A stretch of DNA of 64,000 nucleotides from Candidatus Elulimicrobiales bacterium (GTDB taxonomy: Bacteria > Patescibacteriota > Minisyncoccia > Phycocordibacterales > UBA5272), in NCBI GenBank assembly GCA_034927475.1, contig JAYFPW010000002.1:45372-109371 (forward strand). The letters are read 5' to 3'. Below are positions 1 to 9,219 of this stretch, piece after piece; position 1 is the stretch's first letter; each line of letters begins with the position of its first letter. The notes below the pieces were generated by a model. The model did not search any database. It was not told the origin of the DNA and was given only the letters and a program-made list of their open reading frames with translations. The translations under genes and the position numbers were made by a program.

Positions 1-1
1 T

Positions 2-178
2 AAAGAAAATAGAATAAAATTAGGATTAACTCAAGAAGAATTGGCGAATAAGGTTAAAGTTAGAAGAGAAACTATTGTTTTTTTAGAACAGGGGAAATAT
101 AACCCTTCTTTAAAATTGGCTTATGATATTTCCAAAGTTTTAAAAATGGAAATAGAAAAATTATTTATTTTTAACTAA
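2..178 (+). CDS. C-terminal fragment of an XRE-family HTH transcriptional regulator (partial at window edge)
   Basis: Frame 2 translates to ...[49 protein letters not shown], the typical HTH_3/Cro-C1 helix-turn-helix core. Stop at 176-178. Confidence 0.5.
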   Translation, partial: KENRIKLGLTQEELANKVKVRRETIVFLEQGKYNPSLKLAYDISKVLKMEIEKLFIFN

Positions 179-181
179 ATT

Positions 182-1132
182 TTATTTAGTCTTAAGAGTT
201 TTATAAATATCTTCTACAGCTTTAACAGCTTCACCTGAAGCGATATTGTTTTGATGATAAAGGATGTTTGTACAATCTCCTGCAGCCCAAATTAGATTCT
301 CTTTAGAAGCTCTATTTGTCCAAGGATCTATTTTGACTTTCTTTTCTTCATCAAGCTCTACTAAATCTTTAACCCAGTCTGTAGCTGGAATTTGTCCGAT
401 TTCTATAAATATTCCACTAGCGTTCATTTTGGTTTCTTCTCCAGTTTCTTTATCTACATAAGTCAAACCATCCACAAAGACATCTCCATGTATTTCTTTA
501 ATTGTAATATTTTTTATTAATTTAAAATTAGAATTTTCTAAAAGTTTATCTATGGTTATTTTGTCTGCTCTTGGCTCACTTCGAGAGAGAAGGATAACAG
601 ATTTACAATAAGCCAAAAGTTGAGCTGCAGATTCAAAACCCGCATTTCCACCACCGACAACTACAACATCCATTCCGGTAAACATCGGCCCATCACAAGT
701 AGAACAATAAGTTAAACCTTTATGTTCAAATTTGTCAGCATTTATCGCGTCCAATTTTCTTCTATTTGAACCTGTGGTAATTAATAGTGATTTTGAAATA
801 ATTTCTTTACCATTTTCAAGTGTTAGCTTAATAAGTTTTTCAGAATTTTCATTTTCAAAAATCTCAGATTTGGTTACTAAATTATCTGTTTTAATTTCTA
901 ATACATCTCCAGCATATTCTTTTACATGAGTTTCTAAATTTTTAGCTAATTGCATTCCAGAGATATGAGGAGTTCCAATCCAATTTTGTATATCTTCACT
1001 AACAGTAGATTGTCCGCCCCATTCTTTTAAAACTAAAGCTGTTTTTAATCTTTTTCTTGCAGCATAAACAGCAGCGCTTGCTCCAGCTGGCCCACCTCCA
1101 ACAATTATTAAATCAAAAATAGTATTTTCCAT
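182..1132 (-). CDS. trxB: thioredoxin-disulfide reductase
   Basis: N-terminal FAD motif GGGPAGASAA, redox-active CSTC (CxxC) followed by DGPMF, and a second Rossmann motif GGGNAGFESA. Length 316 aa. Confidence 0.9.
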   Translation of the reverse strand: MENTIFDLIIVGGGPAGASAAVYAARKRLKTALVLKEWGGQSTVSEDIQNWIGTPHISGMQLAKNLETHVKEYAGDVLEIKTDNLVTKSEIFENENSEKLIKLTLENGKEIISKSLLITTGSNRRKLDAINADKFEHKGLTYCSTCDGPMFTGMDVVVVGGGNAGFESAAQLLAYCKSVILLSRSEPRADKITIDKLLENSNFKLIKNITIKEIHGDVFVDGLTYVDKETGEETKMNASGIFIEIGQIPATDWVKDLVELDEEKKVKIDPWTNRASKENLIWAAGDCTNILYHQNNIASGEAVKAVEDIYKTLKTK

Positions 1133-1192
1133 ATTTTTATATTATACAGGAAGTTTCTAAAAAGAAAAACTGCCTTTTAAGGCAGTTTTTTA

Positions 1193-2575
1193 TTATTTTT
1201 TCTTTCTTAAGAATGGTGGAAGCATATTCCAATCATCATCTTCTTCCTCATCTTCCACTTCTTCTAAAAAGATACTACCTTTACCGCCTTTTTCTTCTTT
1301 TACTTTTCGCATTCTTTTAATATCTAAAAGATTATCTTCGTCTAATTCATTATTCAACTCTAGTCTACTTTTTATTTTTTCTTCAGCTTCAGAGATAGTT
1401 GGTTCAGGTCTTTTATTTTTTATAAAAGAAGAAATACTTTCTTTAATATTCAAATCTTCTCTTTCTTCTTTATCTTCTTTAAATTTTACCTTTTTCTCTT
1501 CGCTTTTTTTTTCCTCGTTTTTTTCAACTTTTTCTTCCGCAACAGATTCTAGTTTTAATTTTTCTGAATCTATATTCATATAAACTGGTTCAGAACTTCT
1601 GTGTAAAGGCATTCTATAGTTTGATGGGAATTTTGTAGCGATAACCACAATCTTCATCTCATCTTTTTTCAATGTGTCGCTATTTACAATTCCAAATATA
1701 ATAGTCGCATCTTTGTCTACAGATTCAGTAATGACTTTTGCGGCTTCAGAAACCTCAAACATAGAAAGATTTTCATTTCCATAAATCGCATAAAGAAGTC
1801 CTTTTGCTCCATTGATAGAAACATCGAGAAGAGGGGAAGAAATAGCCGCTTTGGCTGCTTCGATAGCCCTATTTTCTCCACTAGCTGTTCCGATACCAAT
1901 AAGAGCAGTACCAGAATCTTTGAGAACTCTTTTAATATCTGCAAAGTCGAGATTGATTGTTCCAGCTGTTTTGATAATGTCAGCAATTCCATCCACAGCT
2001 TGTTTTAAAACTTCGTCTACCATTTTGAAAGCGTCTTTAACAGACATGTTTCTATCAATTACAGAAAGAAGTCTGTCGTTAGGGATTGCGATAAGAGCAT
2101 CCACTTCTTTTTCTAGTTCAACCAAACCACCTTCAGCTATAGTTGCTCTTTTTTGTCCCTCAAAGAAGAAAGGTTTTGTAACTATTGCGACAGTTAATAT
2201 TCCTTCTTCTTTAGCAGCTTTAGCGATTACTGGAGCTGCACCTGTTGCAGTACCTCCGCCCATTCCGCAAGCAATGAAAACTATATCAGCACCTTTTACA
2301 GCGTCCTGGATTTCTTCTTTCGTTTCTTCTGCGCTCTTTCTACCGACTTCTGGATCCATTCCCGCACCAAGTCCTTTGGTAAGATTTTTTCCTAAGTGAA
2401 TTTTTTTACTAGCTAAACAGTTATGCAAATCTTGAGTGTCGGTATTCATGGCTATGAAGTCAATTCCTTTCAGATTTGAACTAATCATATGATTGATAGC
2501 TCCTTTACCGGAACCTCCCACGCCAATGACTTTTATTCTTGCAAAACTTTGGATTTCAGGTAGTGTTTTAGACAT
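1193..2575 (-). CDS. ftsZ: cell division GTPase FtsZ with a long acidic/lysine-rich C-terminal linker
   Basis: Tubulin signature GGGTATGAAPVIA and N-terminal GVGGSGKGAINHM. The extreme C-terminus ...LPPFLRKKK resembles the conserved FtsZ C-terminal peptide. Start placed at MSKTLPE (ATG 2575). The upstream 26 codons of the ORF track lack homology. Confidence 0.93.
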   Translation of the reverse strand: MSKTLPEIQSFARIKVIGVGGSGKGAINHMISSNLKGIDFIAMNTDTQDLHNCLASKKIHLGKNLTKGLGAGMDPEVGRKSAEETKEEIQDAVKGADIVFIACGMGGGTATGAAPVIAKAAKEEGILTVAIVTKPFFFEGQKRATIAEGGLVELEKEVDALIAIPNDRLLSVIDRNMSVKDAFKMVDEVLKQAVDGIADIIKTAGTINLDFADIKRVLKDSGTALIGIGTASGENRAIEAAKAAISSPLLDVSINGAKGLLYAIYGNENLSMFEVSEAAKVITESVDKDATIIFGIVNSDTLKKDEMKIVVIATKFPSNYRMPLHRSSEPVYMNIDSEKLKLESVAEEKVEKNEEKKSEEKKVKFKEDKEEREDLNIKESISSFIKNKRPEPTISEAEEKIKSRLELNNELDEDNLLDIKRMRKVKEEKGGKGSIFLEEVEDEEEDDDWNMLPPFLRKKK

Positions 2576-2700
2576 ATTTTCGTTATTTCTATTAGTTTCT
2601 AGTAGGTGGAAAAAGTATATCATTCGGTAAAGAAAAATGCAAAGAGTTGCCAAAAAAGTATATTATGGCTTTATAAAAAGGTTTTTTAGAACAATTTTTG

Positions 2701-3873
2701 TTAAGGTAATAGTTTTTTAAAAAAAGATTTTATATTTTTTATTAGATTTTTAAAGATTTTACTAACTTTATAATCTGAAGTTATAATAGGGGCTAAAAAA
2801 GTTAAACCATAAGCCCTCGTATAAGCAGAATCTCCAAGTTGACCATCGGAAAAATCTCTAATTTCTTCTTCGGCATATTTTATAGGTAGCTTCATATAAT
2901 TTTTAAACATATAATCTATTTTTGGAAGTTTACTACCATTTCCAGTTAAAACAATTCCACCCGGCAATAATTCTCTTCTACTAATTTTATCTAATTCTAA
3001 ATTAATTCTTTCACAAATGAATTCTACTCTAGCTTCGATGATTTCTTCTAATTTTCTTTTTGAATAAGAAGCGTCACTTCTACCGAGTTTAATATTTTCA
3101 GCTTCTTCAAGAGAAACTTGTAATCCTAAAGCGATATCGTTTGTAATATCGTTGCTACCAATACCAATAACAGAAGCTAAGATAGGATTATTATTTTCAT
3201 AAACTAAGACGCTAGTTGTAGAGTGTCCAATATTTATAAGAGCTGTGCCAGCAATTCTTTGCCTTTTATTTAAAAGGGGAATACTTTCTGCAAATGGTCC
3301 AATAACCACTTCTTCAATATTTAATTTAATACCTTTTAAAATGTCTTCTAATTTTTCTATATAAAGACTAGGGCAAAAAACAAATAAAAATTTTCCATCA
3401 ATTCTTTTTCCAAACATACCAACAGGCACTCCAGAAACTTCACTAAGATCGACTTTGTATTTTATAGGTATAGTATGAATAACTCTTTTATTTTTTATAT
3501 TTGAAACAGAAAGTGCAGCTTCTTTTTCTAGTCTGTCTAAATCTAAAGTGGTGATCTCATTATTAATGCTAGAGTTTATAATCGAAGCATTGGTTATACC
3601 ACTACTTATACCGGAAGTATTTAAAGACAAAACTATATGATTTTTTCTTTCAAAAGCATTACTTCTAAATTGGTTTATAACTTTATGGAGAGTGTTTGCT
3701 AGTTCTTTTTCATCGACAATATTTCCTTTATAAATACCTTCTGTTTCGACTTCTTGTATTTCAATTATTTCTGGATTTATTGTAGATTCTTCAGAATGAA
3801 GAACCGCACAAACTTTTGTTGTACTACTTCCTATATCGACACCAATAACAAGATGAGATTTTGCCTTACTCAT
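2701..3873 (-). CDS. ftsA: cell division protein FtsA
   Basis: Actin/HSP70-fold N-terminus VIGVDIGSSTTKV. Sits immediately upstream of ftsZ in the conserved ftsA-ftsZ order. Confidence 0.85.
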   Translation of the reverse strand: MSKAKSHLVIGVDIGSSTTKVCAVLHSEESTINPEIIEIQEVETEGIYKGNIVDEKELANTLHKVINQFRSNAFERKNHIVLSLNTSGISSGITNASIINSSINNEITTLDLDRLEKEAALSVSNIKNKRVIHTIPIKYKVDLSEVSGVPVGMFGKRIDGKFLFVFCPSLYIEKLEDILKGIKLNIEEVVIGPFAESIPLLNKRQRIAGTALINIGHSTTSVLVYENNNPILASVIGIGSNDITNDIALGLQVSLEEAENIKLGRSDASYSKRKLEEIIEARVEFICERINLELDKISRRELLPGGIVLTGNGSKLPKIDYMFKNYMKLPIKYAEEEIRDFSDGQLGDSAYTRAYGLTFLAPIITSDYKVSKIFKNLIKNIKSFFKKLLP

Positions 3874-3877
3874 TCTT

Positions 3878-4279
3878 TTATTTTATCATATATTTTTTAA
3901 GATATTTTGATTCTGAAGCTTCCATTTTTTCTCCATGATCTAAACCTTTGAGATGTAAACACCCGTGAATTATGAGTAGAATTAGAAAGTTTTCATAAGA
4001 TAAAGAAAAGTTTTTAGCTTCACTTCTAGCTACAGAGAGGCAAATAAAAATTTCTCCTTCTTTTTTAGAAAGGGGAAAAGATAAAATATTTGGAGTGTAA
4101 TCTTTCTTTCTGTATTTAATATTTAATTCTTTTGCGAGAGCTGGAGATATAAAATTTACTGAAAGAAAAAAACTTTCTCCTAAAATTTCGTTTTTAATTT
4201 TCTGAATACGAGAAAAAAGAGCTTTTTCAATAAGCCCTTTTTTCTTATTTACTATTAGATTTTTCTCTTCTAATATCAT
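3878..4279 (-). CDS. ybeY: rRNA maturation endoribonuclease YbeY
   Basis: Metal-binding motif HGCLHLKGLDH (H-x3-H-x5-H) and 133 aa size match UPF0054/YbeY. Confidence 0.8.
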   Translation of the reverse strand: MILEEKNLIVNKKKGLIEKALFSRIQKIKNEILGESFFLSVNFISPALAKELNIKYRKKDYTPNILSFPLSKKEGEIFICLSVARSEAKNFSLSYENFLILLIIHGCLHLKGLDHGEKMEASESKYLKKYMIK

Positions 4280-4522
4280 TTATCTTCTCTTTCTTTTTAC
4301 TAACTTTCCTAATCTTTTTAGTTCTTCGTATTTTTCTCCGCTTTTAATTCTTTTTATTTTACCTTTTTTAATTTTAGCTTTAGACTCTGCGCGATTGTTA
4401 TATCTTTTACCGCGAACAGTAGGAAGAACTGCGCTCTCCTGAACTTTCTTTTGAAATCTGTGAAGAAGAGTCATTGAATTATCTTTTTCTCTTCTATCTA
4501 CTTTTACATTTTTGTTTGCCAT
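4280..4522 (-). CDS. rpsU: 30S ribosomal protein S21
   Basis: Basic ~80-aa protein (VKVDRREKDNSMTLLHRFQKKVQESAVLPTVRGKRYNNRAESKAKIKK...) matching the S21 pattern. Start chosen at MANKNV (ATG 4522). Confidence 0.65.
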   Translation of the reverse strand: MANKNVKVDRREKDNSMTLLHRFQKKVQESAVLPTVRGKRYNNRAESKAKIKKGKIKRIKSGEKYEELKRLGKLVKRKRR

Positions 4523-4569
4523 ATAAATTAACTTGTGTATATTATCACAAAAAGCTAAGTAATTCAACT

Positions 4570-5910
4570 TTATTTCAACTTTTTTAAATACTCACCAAGT
4601 TTTTCTATGGAAACAATTTCTTGAGAATGAGTTTTCATATCGCGAACAATAGCTGTACCATCTAAAGCTTCTTTTTGTCCAAAAATTATACAATAAGGAA
4701 CTCCCATTTTATCTGCCATAGCCAGTTGAGCAGAAAGAGATTCTTTAGAAAGATTTTGATAAACAGATACTCTATTTTCTCTTAAAATCTCCATTATGGT
4801 TAGTGATTTTAATTTTGCTTCAAAACCAAGCTGTAGAAAATAAATTTTTGGTTTTTTAATTATTTTTGGCTCAAGATTTTTACATTCTTTAAATAACATC
4901 ATTCTATCTAAACCTAGAGCTGCCCCAACTGCTGGAATTTCTTTTTTTGATCCAAGTTCACGTCCTAAATAATTATATCTTCCACCGCCGGTGATAGCTA
5001 TTTCTTTTTCTTTTCCACCTTCTATTTCATTTCCTTCTTCATCTACCTCTTTTTCTAATTTAATAACTTCAAAAACTGTGTGGGTATAATAATTTAAACC
5101 TCGCACTAAAGAATTATTAATTCTGTAGTCTATTCCCATTTCTTCTAAATATTGAAGTACTTCACGAAAGTGCTTTTTAGAATCCGTACTTAAATAATTA
5201 ATAGGTGCTGGCGCTAACTCTTTCAAAGGTTGGCATTGTTCATTTTTACAATCGAGGAGGCGAAGAGGATTTGTTAAAAGTCTATTTTGGCAATCTTTAC
5301 AGATTTTTGCGCTATGTTTTTTGTAATAAGAAATAAGCTCTCTTGTGAAGACAACTCTGTCCTCTTTACTGCCCATACTATTTATATCGATAATCAAATC
5401 TTCAAAGCCATATTCTTTTAATATAGTCATGAGTGTACGTATAATAAGAGCGTCAGCAATAGATTTTTCTGTACCCAATATTTCTAAATTAAATTGTCTA
5501 AATTCTCTAAGTCTACCTTTTTGAGGATTGTCATGTCTCCAAAGTGGTCCAAAACTATAAAACATTATCGGTTGAGGTAAATTGTTCATTCCGTTTTCAA
5601 TATAGCTACGCATTATGCTGGCTGTATATTCTGGTCTTAAAGCAACTCTTTCGCCACCTTTAGTTTTGAAAGAATAAATCTCTTTATCTACCACATCTGT
5701 CCCTTCTCCTATACCTCTCACAAAAACCTCTTCTTTTTCTAAAGCTGGAGTTTCTATTGGTTTAAAACCATAATAGACAGCAATTTCTTGTGCCTTTTCA
5801 AACATTCCTTGAAATTGATAAAATTTCTCTCCGAAAATATCATTCATTCCTTTTAAGGAAGTACTAGGTTCAACATTTTTAATTTTCTTCTCTTCTTTTT
5901 TCTTTCTCAT
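4570..5910 (-). CDS. hisS: histidine--tRNA ligase with a Cys4 insertion
   Basis: Class II aaRS motifs (RVALRPEYTASIMRSY; GGGRYNYLGRELG) and a HisRS-type anticodon-binding C-terminus. Contains the inserted C-x2-C-x14-C-x4-C segment KICKDCQNRLLTNPLRLLDCKNEQCQ. Confidence 0.9.
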   Translation of the reverse strand: MRKKKEEKKIKNVEPSTSLKGMNDIFGEKFYQFQGMFEKAQEIAVYYGFKPIETPALEKEEVFVRGIGEGTDVVDKEIYSFKTKGGERVALRPEYTASIMRSYIENGMNNLPQPIMFYSFGPLWRHDNPQKGRLREFRQFNLEILGTEKSIADALIIRTLMTILKEYGFEDLIIDINSMGSKEDRVVFTRELISYYKKHSAKICKDCQNRLLTNPLRLLDCKNEQCQPLKELAPAPINYLSTDSKKHFREVLQYLEEMGIDYRINNSLVRGLNYYTHTVFEVIKLEKEVDEEGNEIEGGKEKEIAITGGGRYNYLGRELGSKKEIPAVGAALGLDRMMLFKECKNLEPKIIKKPKIYFLQLGFEAKLKSLTIMEILRENRVSVYQNLSKESLSAQLAMADKMGVPYCIIFGQKEALDGTAIVRDMKTHSQEIVSIEKLGEYLKKLK

Positions 5911-5922
5911 AATAATCTAATT

Positions 5923-6654
5923 TTACTTGTTAATAAAATTAATAGCAACCTCTCCAGGATTAGAGCTTATTTGGTCAAAAGGAAATAGTCTAAAGACCGC
6001 TTTTCCGGAAATATCTTTTTTATAAACTACACCCCAGCTTCTAGAGTCGTAGCTCTCAGCTCTATTATCTCCAAGTACTAAATATTCTCCGTCTTGTAAA
6101 ATTATATTTATATTTTTTACATTATCTTTAAATCTTACAAAACTTTCATCCAAAATCACTCCGTTAGGATTTTTTGTATCATAAATAATAGTTACACCGT
6201 TTTCTATAACAATTTTGTCTCCCGGTAAACCAATTAATCTTTTTATAAAAAATTTTCCATTATACTGATCATTTTTTGAATGTCTAAAAACTATAACATC
6301 ACCACGTTTTAAATTGTCTATATCGAAAGTGATTTTATCTATAAGTAAAAGTTCTCCAGATTTTAAATTTGGAAGCATAGAACCTCCATCCACAAGAAAA
6401 GGTTGAATTACAAAACCTTGTATTAATTTAATAATTATAAGAATTGAAACTAAAAGAGCTAAAAGTTTTCCAGGGGACTCATCTTTTTCTAGAAGTTTAA
6501 GTTTGACTAAAGCTTTTCTAGTGCTTTTTGAAAAAGTCGCAATCAAAAGAAGCAGAAGGAAAATAAAAATGATTATAGAGAGTAGTAGACTGTACGGATT
6601 TCCTAGTAGATCATTTATAAAATTATTTATTAAATCGTTGAAGTTACTACTCAT
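5923..6654 (-). CDS. lepB: signal peptidase I
   Basis: N-terminal TM helix, catalytic Ser box GGSMLPNL, Lys box VFRHS...KRLIGLPGD, and C-terminal GDNRAESYDSRSWG. Confidence 0.85.
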   Translation of the reverse strand: MSSNFNDLINNFINDLLGNPYSLLLSIIIFIFLLLLLIATFSKSTRKALVKLKLLEKDESPGKLLALLVSILIIIKLIQGFVIQPFLVDGGSMLPNLKSGELLLIDKITFDIDNLKRGDVIVFRHSKNDQYNGKFFIKRLIGLPGDKIVIENGVTIIYDTKNPNGVILDESFVRFKDNVKNINIILQDGEYLVLGDNRAESYDSRSWGVVYKKDISGKAVFRLFPFDQISSNPGEVAINFINK

Positions 6655-6715
6655 AATTAAAGTTAAAAAGATTATAACATAGCTAGTCGCTCGTAAGCAA
6701 ATATTTTGCTATAAT

Positions 6716-7279
6716 TTGATCGTGACCGAATCAAATTCAAATAAAATTAAATATTTAATTTTCCCTTTAGGAAATCCTGGAGAAAAATACAGTAAAACTC
6801 GACACAATGCTGGACGAATTCTTTTGTCTTTTTTAAAAAAAGAGGAAAGCTTTAAGAAAATACTAGAAGAAAATGATATTGAAATTTTTATTCCTGATGG
6901 GTATATGAATGAATCTGGAAAATACTTAAAAAAATATATAAAAAATAAAAATTATAAAACTGAAAATATTATAGTCTTATACGATGATAAAGATTTAGAA
7001 ATCGGTGATATTCGTTTAGCGAAAGATAGGGGAGACGGAGGACATAATGGCTTAAAAAATATTATAGAAAATTTAGGTACAAAAGATTTTTCGAGAATTC
7101 GTATTGGTATTGCTCCAAAAGGTACAGGGAAAAATAGTTTAATACCTCCTCATGGCGACATAGTTCAAAAATATGTCTTAGCCAAAATGCCGAAAGAAGA
7201 AATAGAAATTTTAGCTAGTAAAAAAGTTTTAGAAAGAGCGATTTTCTTTTTAGAAGAAATTATAAAAGATAAAAAATAA
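6716..7279 (+). CDS. pth: peptidyl-tRNA hydrolase
   Basis: LGNPGEKYSKTRHNAG N-terminal signature and RIRIGI...G motif. Length 187 aa. Confidence 0.85.
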   Translation: MIVTESNSNKIKYLIFPLGNPGEKYSKTRHNAGRILLSFLKKEESFKKILEENDIEIFIPDGYMNESGKYLKKYIKNKNYKTENIIVLYDDKDLEIGDIRLAKDRGDGGHNGLKNIIENLGTKDFSRIRIGIAPKGTGKNSLIPPHGDIVQKYVLAKMPKEEIEILASKKVLERAIFFLEEIIKDKK

Positions 7280-7284
7280 AAACC

Positions 7285-7309
7285 GCACACAAGTAAATTG
7301 TTTGTGTGC
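7285..7309 (-). terminator. hairpin (gcacacaa/ttgtgtgc) with T-run on the minus strand; terminator for the 7324-7569 gene
   Basis: Perfect 8-bp inverted repeat; minus-strand reading gives a downstream U-tract. Confidence 0.5.
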
Positions 7310-7323
7310 AGTTAAAATAAGTT

Positions 7324-7569
7324 TCATTCAACTTTTCCCGCTTCTTGAGCAGCTTCTTCGAGAAGCTTTTCAAGGCGCAGTTGCCAGCCTCGCAGTCCGC
7401 CGGCAAAGATTTTTCCAATCTCAGAGTCAGAAAAATACTTCTCTAAAACTTCATGAATGAAGGTTTCTTCGCCATGAGCAAGAAACAATTTCTTTACGCG
7501 GGGATTTCTATCCATTTCTTTTTGATCAAAAGGTACCAAAATGGTAGCTTGAACTTCAATTACTGTCAT
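7324..7569 (-). CDS. hypothetical small protein (82 aa) in a locally GC-rich segment
   Basis: ORF with ATG at 7569 (MTVIEVQATILVPF...). The C-terminal half is encoded by DNA of clearly higher GC than the surroundings (gcgcagttgccagcctcgcagtccgccggc). No family recognised with confidence. Confidence 0.4.
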   Translation of the reverse strand: MTVIEVQATILVPFDQKEMDRNPRVKKLFLAHGEETFIHEVLEKYFSDSEIGKIFAGGLRGWQLRLEKLLEEAAQEAGKVE

Positions 7570-7675
7570 AATGTATGTATTTTTAGGTGAATACTCAAAA
7601 GAACAAGCTTTTAAAAGCGTATTTTTATGGTAACATATTTTTAAGGATTGTGTCAAGTTTTGAATATTTAAAATA

Positions 7676-7700
7676 AAAACCACTATAAGTAGTGGTTTTT
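7676..7700 (-). terminator. intrinsic terminator downstream of the S1-domain gene
   Basis: aaaaccacta...tagtggtttt inverted repeat followed by a T-run on the minus strand. Confidence 0.55.
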
Positions 7701-7715
7701 ATTTGAATTTTTACT

Positions 7716-8858
7716 TTACTTTTTTAAAGTTAAAGTCATTTTTTCATCTTTTCCGTCAAAGAGTGTAATTTCAAATTTATATATCTTTCCTAAAGATAAA
7801 GCTTCTTTCATCTTTTCTTCGTTCTCAAAATCTGAAATATGAATAAGTCCGGCAACACCTTCTTCAATAGAAACTAATGCGCCATGCTTATTGAATCTGA
7901 TGACAACACCATCCACAACATCTCCTTTATTATATTTTTTACTTGCAGATATCCAAGGATTTTCTTTCAATTTCTTCATAGAAAGAGAAATTTTATTGTC
8001 TTTAATTTCAATAACTTCCACTTTTACTGTATCGCCAACTTTGGCATAGTCTTTAGTATTTTCTACAAGACCCCAATCGATTTCACTTTTATGAATCAAT
8101 CCTTCGATTTCATTATCGATTTTTACAAAGATTCCAAAATCCACAACACCAGTGACCACTCCTTCGAGCTGATCTCCTAAATTATATTTAGAAATAATTT
8201 TTGTAAGAGTTTTAGTATCTTTTACGGTATCATCTTTTTTCTTAGCTTCTCTTAATTCACCATCTTCTAAAACTGGATCTGTAGATTCGCTGAAAATAAG
8301 TTTACCTTCTTTTGGGATAGCGGCAATAATAGTAACTGGAATTCTTTTACCAACAAGCTTTCTAAGTTCGTTAAGAATTTGATCTTTAGCCCCGTCTTCC
8401 ACTTTAGGATAGTTTTCACCTTTAAGTTGAGAAGAAGGAAGAAAGCCGTTGATACCGTTCCAATCCATAATAAGTCCTCCTTTATTTGCTTCTTTAGCGA
8501 CAAGAGAAAGAACTCTTTTCTCTTTAAGGAAAACTTCTGCTTCACTCCAAATAAGAGCGTGTTTTGCTTCACGAAGAGAAAGGTCTATATATCCATTTTT
8601 GTCTTCTTTTTCTATTACTTTGGCAGAAATAAGATCTCCAATATTTATTTTTTTAATTAGGTCGCGAGCATTGATATATTCAATACCATAAATAATACCT
8701 GTTCCTATTGGTCCAAGATCAATATAAACAGCGGTATTGGTGATTGCTAAAACTGGGCCTTCAACAATATCATCTTGTTTGATTTGTGGAATAGGTTCCA
8801 AAACCATTTTTGTATACTGATCAAGGACTACAGTGTTTTTTGTAGTTGTATTTTCCAT
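7716..8858 (-). CDS. rpsA: S1 RNA-binding domain protein (short 30S ribosomal protein S1 homolog, ~4 S1 repeats)
   Basis: Repeated S1 OB-fold motifs (GDLISAKV..., GDQLEGVVTGVVDFGIFVKI..EGLIHKSEI, GDVVDGVVIRFNKHGALVSIEEGVAGLIHISD). 380 aa is shorter than E. coli S1. Confidence 0.75.
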   Translation of the reverse strand: MENTTTKNTVVLDQYTKMVLEPIPQIKQDDIVEGPVLAITNTAVYIDLGPIGTGIIYGIEYINARDLIKKINIGDLISAKVIEKEDKNGYIDLSLREAKHALIWSEAEVFLKEKRVLSLVAKEANKGGLIMDWNGINGFLPSSQLKGENYPKVEDGAKDQILNELRKLVGKRIPVTIIAAIPKEGKLIFSESTDPVLEDGELREAKKKDDTVKDTKTLTKIISKYNLGDQLEGVVTGVVDFGIFVKIDNEIEGLIHKSEIDWGLVENTKDYAKVGDTVKVEVIEIKDNKISLSMKKLKENPWISASKKYNKGDVVDGVVIRFNKHGALVSIEEGVAGLIHISDFENEEKMKEALSLGKIYKFEITLFDGKDEKMTLTLKK

Positions 8859-9079
8859 ATTTTTAATTTTTAATTTGTGTCAAAAATATAAATAGATACA
8901 GAAATCTGTGTTTATTATTTATTTTTGGTTTAACAAATTGTAAAGACAATATATCATAAATAAAAAATAAAAGAAAATACCGACCTAATTTCACAATCAG
9001 ATCGGCACAAAATTGTTTAACGTTTTTATTTAAATGCGCAGAGGCATTATAGCATGGTTTTATTCATTTTCTAAATTTA

Positions 9080-9110
9080 AAAATGCCCAGCTTCACAGCA
9101 AGGCATTTTT
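9080..9110 (-). terminator. intrinsic terminator downstream of recA
   Basis: aaaatgcc-N14-ggcatttt hairpin flanked by T-runs on both strands. Confidence 0.55.
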
Positions 9111-9219
9111 CGCACGTTTTTTAATGAAACAAACTACATCGTAGTTCAGTAGAACTTCTTTAATAATATATCACACTCTTAAAACAAATAAAATAAATTA
9201 GTATTTTTTATTTTAATTT

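Noticed and set aside
1812-2399. 195-aa plus-strand ORF and 91-aa minus ORF (1717-1992) inside ftsZ
   Set aside because: Out-of-frame or antisense overlaps of a strongly supported conserved gene. No motifs.
2576-2653. N-terminal 26-codon extension of the ftsZ ORF (MATLCIFLYRMIYFFHLLETNRNNEN)
   Set aside because: Hydrophobic and non-conserved. The conserved FtsZ N-terminus begins at the internal Met (MSKTLPE), with an RBS-like context, so the upstream ATG is likely not the true start.
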